Positions 11,378 to 19,827 of a stretch of DNA of 46,034 bases are shown piece after piece (the first letter of the stretch is position 1; the number at the start of each line of letters is the position of its first letter). The DNA lies in assembly GCA_046351635.1 (NCBI GenBank), contig JAXLYC010000019.1, positions 1-46,034 of the forward strand. The letters run 5' to 3'. Both the position numbers and the translations under genes were made by a program. Under the pieces are notes generated by a model. It did not search any database. It had not been told where the DNA came from and saw nothing but the letters and a program-made list of their open reading frames with translations. This stretch comes from Nannocystaceae bacterium (GTDB taxonomy: Bacteria; Myxococcota_A; Polyangia; Nannocystales; Nannocystaceae).

Positions 11378-11483
11378 CCGACCACGTTAGACCAGGCCGG
11401 CGGCGAATTGCGCGGGCCGGGGCCCACGTCCGGAAATCCGCAGCCCCAGCGATCGAACTCTCCGAGGCGGCCACTGCAGCGGC

Positions 11484-12101
11484 ATGGCAGCCGAGTCCGC
11501 CTTCGTCCATCGCCGCGCCGAACGTCGCGCGCGGCTTGTTCTCCACGCCTCACAGGTCCTGACGCTGGCGCTGCTGCCGGCGCTCGCGTGGACCGCAACC
11601 GTACCGCACGCGGACTTCCAGGCTGGCGATCCGGTGCGGGCGAGCGAGATCAACGAGAACTTCGCCGCGCTCGCCGATGCGATCACCGCGCTCGAAGCGG
11701 CCCCGCGAGGCGCGGTGCTGAGCGACGCAGCGGACTTCGATCTCACCGTCGCCGAGGGCTCCCAGCCGGTGCCGGGCCTCGCGCTCGACATCGACAGCGG
11801 CGCCGGCCCGGTGAAGCTCGAGCTCACCGCGGCAGAAGGCGGCGGGATGGTCCGGCTCGTCGGCGCAGGCTATGCGTGGATCGTCTTCCGGCGCAGCCCC
11901 GACGGCAGCAACTGGACGAACTTGACCTACCTCTCGCTCAGCGGCGAGGACCTCGGCGTACCGCCGGGCACGTTCACGTTCTTCGACGAGCCCGGACCCG
12001 GCACCTGGCACTACGACGTGCACGCCGCCGTGTTCCAGAGCGCGACGCTCGAGCTCCACTCGGTCCGCTTCGTCGGTCAGCCGATCGGAGGTGCAGGATG
12101 A
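11484..12101 (+). CDS. Hypothetical secreted protein (signal peptide)
   Basis: ATG at 11484. The N-terminal region is signal-like (LVLHASQVLTLALLPALAWTATVP). Composition is non-degenerate. The stop overlaps the next start (ATGA at 12098-12101). Confidence 0.5.
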   Translation: MAAESAFVHRRAERRARLVLHASQVLTLALLPALAWTATVPHADFQAGDPVRASEINENFAALADAITALEAAPRGAVLSDAADFDLTVAEGSQPVPGLALDIDSGAGPVKLELTAAEGGGMVRLVGAGYAWIVFRRSPDGSNWTNLTYLSLSGEDLGVPPGTFTFFDEPGPGTWHYDVHAAVFQSATLELHSVRFVGQPIGGAG

Positions 12102-12376
12102 GCCGCGCACGCGCGTTCGCCTGCCTCGGCCTGCTCGTCGGCGCCTGCTACCAGCGGCCCGAAGCCCACGGCCCGGGTGCGGGCACCGAATCCGAATCAT
12201 CCAGCGGCAGCAGCACCGACGGTGACGTCACCTCGACATCCGCCGATGGCAGCGGATCGAGCGAGGCGTCGGGGACCGATTCCGACGCGTCGTCCACCGC
12301 GGATGGATCGAGCGACGGCGGTTGCGTCCCGGCGAGCTACGACGACGTGGTGTGGGACGCGGCTTGCTTTCGGTAG
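12098..12376 (+). CDS. Small Ser/Asp/Gly-rich lipoprotein
   Basis: MSRARAFACLGLLVGACYQ is a lipoprotein signal. A low-complexity acidic Ser/Gly/Asp-rich tail follows. Translationally coupled to the upstream gene. Confidence 0.5.
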   Translation: MSRARAFACLGLLVGACYQRPEAHGPGAGTESESSSGSSTDGDVTSTSADGSGSSEASGTDSDASSTADGSSDGGCVPASYDDVVWDAACFR

Positions 12377-12479
12377 CGGGGGCGCGCCATCGCGATTTGG
12401 CGACATCGACTGAGTCACGCGGTTTCTCGGCTCACGATCCAGTGGCCGCGAGGTGAGCGCGGCTGACCGCCCCTTGCTG

Positions 12480-12735
12480 TTCCTGTCCGTGGTCGACGTG
12501 GTCGACGCCAGGCCGGGGCACCCGCGGGGCCGCTCCGGGCGCTCCGGGCCATCGGGCTGCTAGCGTCGGCAGCGTCGGCAACATCGCCCACGACGAACGC
12601 CTGGTTCAGGGCCCCGATGACAAGTCGCAGCCGTTAGATGTCTTGGGCTGCTGCTCGCCCACGTCCTGGCCCCCGTCCGGTGTCCGGTCGTCATGGGTCG
12701 TCGGTCGTCGTCGGTCGTCGTCGATCTGTCCCGAG
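12480..12735. repeat. Cluster of five short (7-12 bp) head-to-tail tandem duplications in non-coding DNA
   Basis: Read directly: gtggtcgac-gtggtcgac, gctccgggc-gctccgggc, agcgtcggc-agcgtcggc, gtccggt-gtccggt, and (ggtcgtcgtc) three times, all within about 250 bp. Confidence 0.5.
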
Positions 12736-13981
12736 CAACCTCTGCGGTTCGCTCTGCTGCCCAACATATCAGGCATTCAGCGGCGGGAGCATCAGGCGTA
12801 GCTCGATGAGCCGTCCCGTTACAACGGCTTGTTGGGCGGGCCCCCCGAAGACGTGGCGTCATATCCGGCGCGGTTGGACTTCAAAGCTGCGGCTTTTAGA
12901 TTTTCAGCCTGGGACCATCTGCCGGTACACGGACCATGTAGCAGAAACAGCTCTTCTCAAGTAGAGTGGGGGTCTTGAGGCCGCTCGGTCAATGGGCTCA
13001 AGTACGTCGATACCGGAACTCCACAAGCCTGTGCAGATAGAACACAGCGTACTTCTGTTTTTGTAGTGGCGAGCACCGCCTTCGTAGCGAGCGTCTCCGT
13101 TTCCGTGATCGCCGTCCCGTCGTCTGCTGTATGCGAAATCGATCCCGCGTCTGCCTTTCAGCATGGCGCCGTGTTCCACCGTCGTCTTTCGCGATGCGGT
13201 CCATCTGTGGTGGCGGCGAATGATCTCGCTGCCGACGAGGCGGTCCCAGTCGGCGAGCGGCTCTCCCCCTCGCGCGGCGCGCTTTCCGTCACAATGTCGA
13301 GATTGTAGTAGCGTGACTGCTTCGCGAATCTTGTGAGAAGCATGACCATGTTCTTCACGATTTCGTCATCAGGCGTGGCGTCTGCTCCAAGTCCGCGGAC
13401 CTCGTTTATCTCTCGCCTTATTCAGCAGGTTGTCGACATCGTGGCCCAGATCGCGGAGATATCTGTTGTCAGGGGTCTTCCATGCGTTCGATAGTAGTCG
13501 AGAACGACGATCAGCTTAAGAGAATGCGTTCAACCCGATCGTGAACGCGAATGACCGAGCGAAAAAATGCGCCTTTGTCGCCGAACGTATAGCGACGAAT
13601 GGAGTCGAACCCGTAGCAATATTGCTTGCGAAAGGATAGAATCGCCTCGAGTAGGAGGGGCCTCGATACGCTTCCATTAGCGCCTCCTCTGGGTTTCGTT
13701 TCGAGAACCGGCTCAGGCGCGCGTTATCGATTATTCGCACCAGACGTCGCACGCTTCATCCTTCCGGAGGTTGAGTAGCTTTGCGGATGTGAATCCCCAG
13801 CGCGCTCCCTCGACAAACACGTGCTGTCCCCCTCTTCCCAGCCAAGGCACCAGGTTCTCGCCTGGAACATATCCAGTGATCACCGAGGCCTCTCATCCGC
13901 GATACCGTGTTCAATCGGGTACTCGCTTGGGGACGCGTCTGTGGCCGGGCCGCGTGCAGCAGAGCCGCGCCGATTCTCCAG

Positions 13982-14446
13982 TCAACGGGGATAATAAGTT
14001 ACTTCGTGCTCCGCGCAAGGAGTGAAAAATGCGAGGCGGTCGGGGTTTGCGACAGCGTTTGGACTTCGTCGCAAGTTCTCGTAGAAGTCGGCACAGCTTT
14101 CGAAGCTGCTGCGACAGGAATTCGAGACCGGGTGTCGTCGAGAACAAAGACGCAATAGGCTGTTGGCCGCGGTGAAGCGAAAAGTGCTCGCTATGTGCGG
14201 TGTAGCGAGCTGCACACTGAGAGCGTGTTCGGAGCAGGTGTCCGCGAGTAGTTGCCCGTTCTCTCGCGCCATCCAGCAGGACCACTGGGGGCGTGCTTCA
14301 ACATCGGGCTGCGTCGCTCTTGCGGCGCCTTCCGAAGTTGCCATCGCGCCTGCGCGCTCGACTCGTAGGGACGCCTCGTCAGGTGCACCGCCACACGAAG
14401 CGAAGAGTCCTGATTCCACCGATGGCAACGACGCGCAGGGGCCCAT
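13982..14446 (-). CDS. Longest ORF inside the low-GC island (154 aa), hypothetical; may be a relic
   Basis: The composition is not Arg-rich (...RENGQLLADTCSEHALSVQLATPHIASTFRFTAANSLLRLCSRRHPVSNSCRSSFESCADFYENLRR...), but I recognise no motif. Confidence 0.2.
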   Translation of the reverse strand: MGPCASLPSVESGLFASCGGAPDEASLRVERAGAMATSEGAARATQPDVEARPQWSCWMARENGQLLADTCSEHALSVQLATPHIASTFRFTAANSLLRLCSRRHPVSNSCRSSFESCADFYENLRRSPNAVANPDRLAFFTPCAEHEVTYYPR

Positions 14447-15084
14447 GAGCAGGCTTGAGCCCAGCGCTGCTTGCCGCGTTCGATGTCGTCGCGGAGGTCA
14501 TCTTCACGCTCGCGCCTCTCAGCAGAACTCCAGGGGCGCTCCAGTGATCGCGGATACGGAGGCGACAAAGGCGACGGATCTGCTCGTCGTCGAGCTTGGA
14601 CAAGATGGGAAAATCGGTGGCGTTCCCGGCAGGCCCAGCGCCTGGGACCTCGACCCGAACGACGTTGAGGGGTAGCGCCCGTCTTCGACGCCCACGCCCA
14701 GTTCTTCGCGGGGTCCGTCTTGTGCTGCACCCACGCGCGCCAGGCCGTCAGGCCCTTGGCCTCACTCGACGTACTTCTGCCCATTGTGTCCGTGCTGAAT
14801 CGGTATCCACCGCATCAGGCTGCGCCTCGCGCCCATCGTAATTCGGCCAGACCCGCCCAGGCGCGCTTCTTCAGCAACGACCCAGCCTTTCGCGACCGTG
14901 CCAACACCCCTCACCACGATTCCACCGAGATCCCGGCCTTGCACCCCAAGCCCCCCGACTTTCCCCCGACCGCGTTATCCTGCAAGCTCGCTGCGTTTGT
15001 CCTTTCGGGCAACACTGCGAGCCGAGTTCGCGGGCTCGAGGCGTTCGGCGAATCGGCAGGTGTCCGGGCATGCGTGGCCGGCGA

Positions 15085-15215
15085 ACGGCTGGGAGTCGCG
15101 GTATCGCCCATGTTCGCACGCCTGCCAGCGCGCGGTTGAGCACGTGGGTGTAGACCATCGTGGTGTTCACGTCGCGCGTCTCCATCAGGCGCGCCCATGC
15201 GCCGGCGAAGCGCTC
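15085..15215 (-). pseudogene. 3'-terminal remnant of a tyrosine recombinase gene with the integron-integrase-type C-terminal box (catalytic Tyr)
   Basis: The minus-strand translation ERFAGAWARLMETRDVNTTMVYTHVLNRALAGVRTWAIPRLPAV matches the IntI-family C-terminus (LLGHSDVSTTMIYTHVLxxGGxGVRSPLDxLP). Only about 45 residues are present. Upstream of it, the minus strand is occupied by the cupin gene in another frame. Confidence 0.55.
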
Positions 15216-15244
15216 GCCTTCGCCCGCTCCCACCCCCGCAGCCG

Positions 15245-15730
15245 TCAGCGCGACTCGGGAAACCCGCTGCCATCCTTGCGGGTGAACAGCGCGCGTCCGT
15301 CGGGCCCCTTGCGGTACGCGAGGTCGACGTCGGGATACTCCGCGCCGTCCTCGAGGTCGCGGTTGCTGATCTCGAGGTAGCGCGCGTCCCGATCGCTGCG
15401 GTTGATCAGCTGATGCCCGTCGCGCGAGCCCGCGGCGAAGCCCGCACACATGCCCGCGGTCAGGATCTGCTCGCCGGCGTCGGTCACGAGCACGACCTCG
15501 CCCTCGAGCACGTAGACCAGCTCGTCCTCGCGCGTGTGCCAGTGACGCATCGCCGACTCCTTGCCCGGCGGCAGCGTGGTCAGGTTCACGCCGATCTTGG
15601 TCAGGCCCAGCGCGTCGCCCAGCGCCCGCTTCTCGCGCGGCAGCACGCGCGAACGATAGGGCTCGGGATAACCAGAGCCGGTGCGAGGGGACAGCGTCGC
15701 GGGGTCGAGTGCGGGGAGCAGCAGTGCCAT
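15245..15730 (-). CDS. Cupin-domain protein
   Basis: MALLLPALDP... with a cupin-2 core (GVNLTTLPPGKESAMRHWHTREDELVYVLEGEVVLVTDAGEQILTAGMCAGFAAG). ATG at 15730 and TGA at 15245-15247, both confirmed. Confidence 0.75.
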   Translation of the reverse strand: MALLLPALDPATLSPRTGSGYPEPYRSRVLPREKRALGDALGLTKIGVNLTTLPPGKESAMRHWHTREDELVYVLEGEVVLVTDAGEQILTAGMCAGFAAGSRDGHQLINRSDRDARYLEISNRDLEDGAEYPDVDLAYRKGPDGRALFTRKDGSGFPESR

Positions 15731-15759
15731 CGCTGCCGTCGTACCATGGCCACGGCCCC

Positions 15760-16503
15760 GTGAGCACCGTCGCCGAGGTCCGCGCCGCACTGCGTCAGGC
15801 CGCTTCGCCCGAGCGGGCGCAGGGTGCCGCGCGGTTCTTCAAGACCGGCAAGGGCGAGTACGCCGAGGGCGATGTGTTCATCGGCGTACCCGTGCCCGCG
15901 GTGCGCACGATCGTGCGGCTGCACCGCGAGCTGCCGCTCGCCGGCGTCGACGCGCTGCTGCGCTCGAAGGTGCACGAGGAGCGACTGACCGCGCTGTTGC
16001 TGCTGGTCGATCGCTACAAGCGCGCCAAGCGTGACGCGGCCGCGCGCGAACAGATCGTGCAACTTTATCTCGATCGGCTCGCGCACGTGGACAACTGGGA
16101 TCTGGTCGACAGCAGCGCGCCACAGCTGCTGGGCGCGTGGTTGTTCGAACGCGAGCGTGACCAGCTCGATCGCCTGGCCGCGTCCGAATCGCTGTGGTCG
16201 CGGCGTGTCGCCATGGTCGCGACGCAGTACTTCATCCGCAAGGGCGAGGCCGAGGACGCGCTACGCATCGCGACCACGCTGCTCGGCGACCGCCACGATC
16301 TCATCCACAAGGCTGTGGGCTGGATGCTGCGCGAGGTCGGCGAGTCGGTCGATCTCGCGGCGCTGCGCGGGTTCCTGCGCAAACACGCCGCGACCATGCC
16401 GCGCACCGCCCTGCGCTACGCCATCGAGAAGCTGCCGGCGGACGAGCGCGCGCGGTGGCTGCAGGCCCGCGATGGCTCGAAGGACCGCCGCTCGCGCGGC
16501 TAG
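15760..16503 (+). CDS. DNA alkylation repair protein (AlkD-like HEAT-repeat glycosylase family)
   Basis: The GTG at 15760 is in frame (VSTVAEVRAALRQAASPERAQGAARFFKTGKGEYAEGDVFIGVPVPAVR...). Typical AlkD-family N-terminus and length (247 aa). Divergent from the cupin gene with about 29 bp between the starts. Confidence 0.7.
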   Translation: MSTVAEVRAALRQAASPERAQGAARFFKTGKGEYAEGDVFIGVPVPAVRTIVRLHRELPLAGVDALLRSKVHEERLTALLLLVDRYKRAKRDAAAREQIVQLYLDRLAHVDNWDLVDSSAPQLLGAWLFERERDQLDRLAASESLWSRRVAMVATQYFIRKGEAEDALRIATTLLGDRHDLIHKAVGWMLREVGESVDLAALRGFLRKHAATMPRTALRYAIEKLPADERARWLQARDGSKDRRSRG

Positions 16504-17741
16504 CGGCCCGGACGCCGCGGGCGGCGGCGCATCGCCGCGATCGCGACCACCAACCATGCCGTCACGCCGCTGCGATCGCGCGTGTCCGCGCGGCACTGGC
16601 AACCGCTGGGCTCGATGTGGCCGTCGTCGTCGATGCCGACCGTCAGCGTGCTCGCACCCGAGTTGCCGCCCGCCGAGTCGCCGCTGCTGCCGTCCTCGCT
16701 CGAGCCACCGTCGCCGGCCGAGTCGCCACCAGTGCCCGCGCCACCGCCCTCGCTGCTGCCCGAGCCGCTGCCGCCGTCGTCGCCCGGGTCCCAATCGCCG
16801 CTCGCGCGGCGGTTGTTGGCGGTGAAGGTCATCGCGGCGAAGGCCGCGAGGTCGAGGCCGGTGTTCGCGACGTAGACCGCGCCGCCACCCATCCCGCTGC
16901 CGGCGGGCCAGTTGTGGCCCACGCCCATCGAGGTGACAAACGCGATGCGCTCGCCCTGGGCGTCGTCGTAGCGGACGCCGGTGCCGGCGGGGTTGGTGCC
17001 GGGCAGCGTCGCGACGTCGAGCGCACCCGTGGTCAGATCGCCGCCGTAGAGCGTCGCGAACATGTCGGCGTTGATCTGCGCGTAGCCCTGCGCGACCGTG
17101 AAGTCCTGCGTGTCGGTGAACGTGATCGCGACCTGGGTCGCGAACTCGCCCACGTGTTCGCCGGCGAACTGCTGGCACAGCGCGACGGTCTGCTCGACCG
17201 TCGTGCCGACCTGCGCGATCTGGGCCACGGTCGTGCCCAGCGAGGGACCCGCGGAGATCGCCAGGCCCGCGAAGAGCTCGGGCGCGAGGCAGCCGACGAT
17301 GAGCGCCTGACCGCCGCCCGACGAGAAGCCGGTGAGGTAGACCTGCGCGGGATCGATGCCGTAGCTGGGGTCGTCGCGCAGGGTCTGGGTCAGCTCGAGC
17401 AGCGGCGCGTTGTGCCCGCTCGTGCGATCGTGGGTGGGCCCGTAGTAGTCCCAGCAGCCCGCGATCACACCGCCACCGGGCACGGTCGGCAGCGCGAGGA
17501 CCATGCCGAAGTCCTCCGCGGTCTGCTCGAATGCGCCGTACTGCCGCAGGTTCGCGCCGGTCTGCGCGCAGCCGTGCAAGCCCAGCATCAGCGCACGGCC
17601 TTCGCCGATCGGGCTGTGCGATGCTGGGGTGTAGACCTCGACGCTCATGCCCGCGATCGGCTTGGTCTCCCACGCCGCGCGCGCGGACGATGGCAGCGAC
17701 AGTGCGGCGATCAACGTGAACCCCAGGGTGCTCGTGCGCAT
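16500..17741 (-). CDS. PHB-depolymerase-family (LpqC-like) esterase with signal peptide and C-terminal MYXO-CTERM sorting signal
   Basis: MRTSTLGFTLIAALSLPSSARA signal peptide. Esterase motifs LHGCAQTG and YLTGFSSGG. A Gly/Ser/Asp linker precedes the C-terminus PSGCQCRADTRDRSGVTAWLVVAIAAMRRRPRRPGR (Cys motif, hydrophobic stretch, Arg-rich tail). Confidence 0.8.
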   Translation of the reverse strand: MRTSTLGFTLIAALSLPSSARAAWETKPIAGMSVEVYTPASHSPIGEGRALMLGLHGCAQTGANLRQYGAFEQTAEDFGMVLALPTVPGGGVIAGCWDYYGPTHDRTSGHNAPLLELTQTLRDDPSYGIDPAQVYLTGFSSGGGQALIVGCLAPELFAGLAISAGPSLGTTVAQIAQVGTTVEQTVALCQQFAGEHVGEFATQVAITFTDTQDFTVAQGYAQINADMFATLYGGDLTTGALDVATLPGTNPAGTGVRYDDAQGERIAFVTSMGVGHNWPAGSGMGGGAVYVANTGLDLAAFAAMTFTANNRRASGDWDPGDDGGSGSGSSEGGGAGTGGDSAGDGGSSEDGSSGDSAGGNSGASTLTVGIDDDGHIEPSGCQCRADTRDRSGVTAWLVVAIAAMRRRPRRPGR

Positions 17742-18370
17742 CAGCGTGGATCTCCGTCGTGGGGGCCAGCCAGACCGAGGCCGGCGCGGATCAAGGCGAA
17801 CACGTCGTCGATGGTCTCGGCCGGCGGAAGGCGGCCCTCCCACAGCACCCAGCGCATGCCCATGAAGTCGAAGATACCCATGAGCGCATAGGCGACCGCC
17901 TCCGGATCGAGCGCACGGATCTCGCCGCGCTGCATGGCCTTGGCCAGGCCGTCGCGGTAACCCTGCGCCAGTCGGCGGTAGTATTCGCGATGCAGCGCCT
18001 CGTCGACGAACTCGGCCTGGCGGATGATGCGATACAGGTTCTTGTGCTCCTGCACGAAGTGCAGGAACGCGACCAGACCCGCGCGCTCGATCGCGAGGCG
18101 ATCGGCGAGTCCCTCGACCGCGGCCGCGAGCGTGCGGCGCAGCGTCGCGCCGAGCTCGTCGACCAGCTCGGCGAAGATCGCCTTCTTGCCGCCGAAGTAC
18201 AGGTAGAAGGTGCCCTGGGCCACGCCGGCGGTGCGCGTGATGTCGACGATCGACGCGGCCTCGTAGCCGCGTTCGCCGAACACGACCTCGGCGGCCTCGA
18301 GCAGGTTCTGCCGCGTGCGCTGGCCCCGGGCCGTGACGGGCTCGGCGATGGCGTCGCTCCCGGTCGCCAT
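17741..18370 (-). CDS. TetR/AcrR family transcriptional regulator
   Basis: MATGSDAIAEPVTARGQRTRQNLLEAAEVVFGERGYEAASIVDITRTAGVAQGTFYLYFGGKKAIF is a classic TetR helix-turn-helix. 209 aa. Start and stop codons overlap the neighbouring genes (cTGATGc at both ends). Confidence 0.85.
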   Translation of the reverse strand: MATGSDAIAEPVTARGQRTRQNLLEAAEVVFGERGYEAASIVDITRTAGVAQGTFYLYFGGKKAIFAELVDELGATLRRTLAAAVEGLADRLAIERAGLVAFLHFVQEHKNLYRIIRQAEFVDEALHREYYRRLAQGYRDGLAKAMQRGEIRALDPEAVAYALMGIFDFMGMRWVLWEGRLPPAETIDDVFALIRAGLGLAGPHDGDPR

Positions 18371-19827
18371 CAGCCCTCCTCCGCGGCTGCGATCGCGGCG
18401 CGGCCGCGCGCGAACAGCAGCGCCAGACCGACCATCATGCTGACGAAGATCGCCGCGCAGGCGGACACCGCGGGGTTGTCGACCGTGCCGTGCCACAACA
18501 GCCCCACGTGGGTGACCAGGGCCGTGGCCGCGGCGGTGCCGACGATCCACGCCGGCATCGCGCCGCGCACGATCACGCCGAACACCACCGGCACGAACGA
18601 CGCCGCGGCCAGGGCATACACGCCGCGTTGGGCGAACAGGCCCACCAGCGCCGGCGGATCGAGCGCGAGCACGAACGAGACCAGGCCCACGCCCACCAGC
18701 GCCACCCGCGATGCCAACAGCCCGGTCTTGGCGTCTGCGTCGCGGCTGCGGCCGCGCAGCACCAGATCGTGCGTGACCATGGCCGACAGCGCGACCAAGA
18801 TGCCGTCGAGCGTCGACATACCCGCGGCCAGCATCGTCACCAAGGTGATCGCGGAGACCATCTCGCCCGCGGTGCCGCCGCCGAACGCGAGCGTGACGTA
18901 GTCGGTCACCACGCGGTCCTGCTGCTCCGGGCCGTAGCTCATGCCGTCGAGCCGCGCGTACAGGCCGGTGAACAGGCACAGCGAGAACACGCAGCCCAGC
19001 GCGACCGCAGTGACGATGAAGCGGTTCACGTCGCGCTCGCTGCGGAGGTACAGCACCTTGGTGATGATGTGCGGCTGCAGCATCAGCGCGAACGTCACGA
19101 CGAAGGCGCTGACGAACACGGAGAACACCGAGCCGTAGAGGTCGCTGTCGGGGTTGACGGGCGCGGCGAAGTTGCTCGAGACCTTGGCGAACGCGTCGAC
19201 GATGCCGTCGCCCAGGTGCTCCGCGCCCGAGGCGAACATCGCGACCGCGATCACGGCCATCATCGCCGCCTGCACCACGTTGGTGTAGGCGTGGGCATAG
19301 GTGCCGCCGAGCAGCACGTAGCTGAACACGACCACGAGCGTGCCCGCGAGCGCGATCTCGTAGGATACGCCCAGTAGCGCGACCACCAGCAGCGCGCAGC
19401 CGACCATGATGAGCACGACGAAGCTGATCGACAACAGGTTGAGCACGGCGAAGCCCCGCGCGAGCGCCTCGCTGCCGTAGCGCGCGCGGATCCAGTCCGG
19501 TACCGTGAGGCTGCCGTGGCTGTCACCGACGCGGCGGAAGCCCTTGCACACCGCGAGCAGACCGAACGCCACGCCGGCCTGGGCCGCCACGCCGTAGTGC
19601 AGCAGCGCCGAGAGCCCGTGGGTGTAGACGAAGCCGGGGTTGATCACGAACGTCGCGGTCGATGCGATCGACGCGGCCATGACCACACCGACGAGCACCG
19701 GGCCCATGTCGCGATTGCCGATGGCGAAGCCGACCAAGGAGGTGGTCTTGCGCATGCCGATCCACGACAGCCAGTAGACCGCGACGAGGTAGACCGCGAG
19801 CAGCGAGAGCTTGACCAGCAGGATCAC
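18370..19827 (-). CDS. Sodium:solute symporter (SSS) family transporter
   Basis: About 13 predicted transmembrane helices (VILLVKLSLLAVYLVAVYWLSW...). GTG start at 19827 with GGAGGG seven bases upstream. The start overlaps the upstream hydrolase stop (GTGA). Confidence 0.75.
   Translation of the reverse strand: MILLVKLSLLAVYLVAVYWLSWIGMRKTTSLVGFAIGNRDMGPVLVGVVMAASIASTATFVINPGFVYTHGLSALLHYGVAAQAGVAFGLLAVCKGFRRVGDSHGSLTVPDWIRARYGSEALARGFAVLNLLSISFVVLIMVGCALLVVALLGVSYEIALAGTLVVVFSYVLLGGTYAHAYTNVVQAAMMAVIAVAMFASGAEHLGDGIVDAFAKVSSNFAAPVNPDSDLYGSVFSVFVSAFVVTFALMLQPHIITKVLYLRSERDVNRFIVTAVALGCVFSLCLFTGLYARLDGMSYGPEQQDRVVTDYVTLAFGGGTAGEMVSAITLVTMLAAGMSTLDGILVALSAMVTHDLVLRGRSRDADAKTGLLASRVALVGVGLVSFVLALDPPALVGLFAQRGVYALAAASFVPVVFGVIVRGAMPAWIVGTAAATALVTHVGLLWHGTVDNPAVSACAAIFVSMMVGLALLFARGRAAIAAAEEG

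Larger units (their letters stand above)
12380..15245. other. Low-GC (about 50%) island, about 2.8 kb, in a roughly 70% GC genome; no intact ORF over about 150 codons; probably a decayed horizontally acquired element
   Basis: GC content drops sharply between the lipoprotein stop (12376) and the cupin stop (15245). Only short ORFs are present. An integrase C-terminal remnant sits at the right edge. Confidence 0.6.

Noticed and set aside
12630-12830. Possible integron attC core sites (GTTAGAT at about 12636; palindrome CCGTTACAACGG at about 12819)
   Set aside because: No matching inverse core (RYYYAAC) was found at a cassette-like distance. There is no repeated array structure, and the integrase remnant is on the opposite side, facing away.
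13600-13625. tRNA T-loop-like GGGTTCGACTCC on the minus strand
   Set aside because: The flanking bases do not form a T-stem or a paired acceptor stem, so no cloverleaf can be built.
13066-13760. Transposase or reverse-transcriptase-like fragments (IIDNARLSRF, LIVVLDYYRTH, YYNLDIVTE)
   Set aside because: These are only 3-5 residue resemblances to DDE or RT motifs, scattered over different frames. They are not enough to call an IS element or retroelement.
14163-14784. Overlapping 170-aa plus-strand and 197-aa minus-strand ORFs inside the low-GC island
   Set aside because: They are mutually exclusive. Both have mediocre composition and no recognisable motifs. They are treated as relic or non-coding sequence rather than genes.
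14940-15000. RNase P-like motif (minus-strand GGGAAAGTCGGGG...GGGTGCAAGG resembling the P4 region GGAAAGTCCGGG...GGGTGCCAGG)
   Set aside because: The spacing differs from the bacterial consensus. No downstream partner strand (ACAGAAxCCGGCTTA) for the P4 helix exists within 400 nt. The match is most likely chance.
16194-17891. 565-aa plus-strand ORF, and the 16261..17673 minus-strand ORF
   Set aside because: They are shadow ORFs of the esterase gene. The esterase frame carries a recognisable signal peptide, catalytic motifs and a MYXO-CTERM signal. These carry none.
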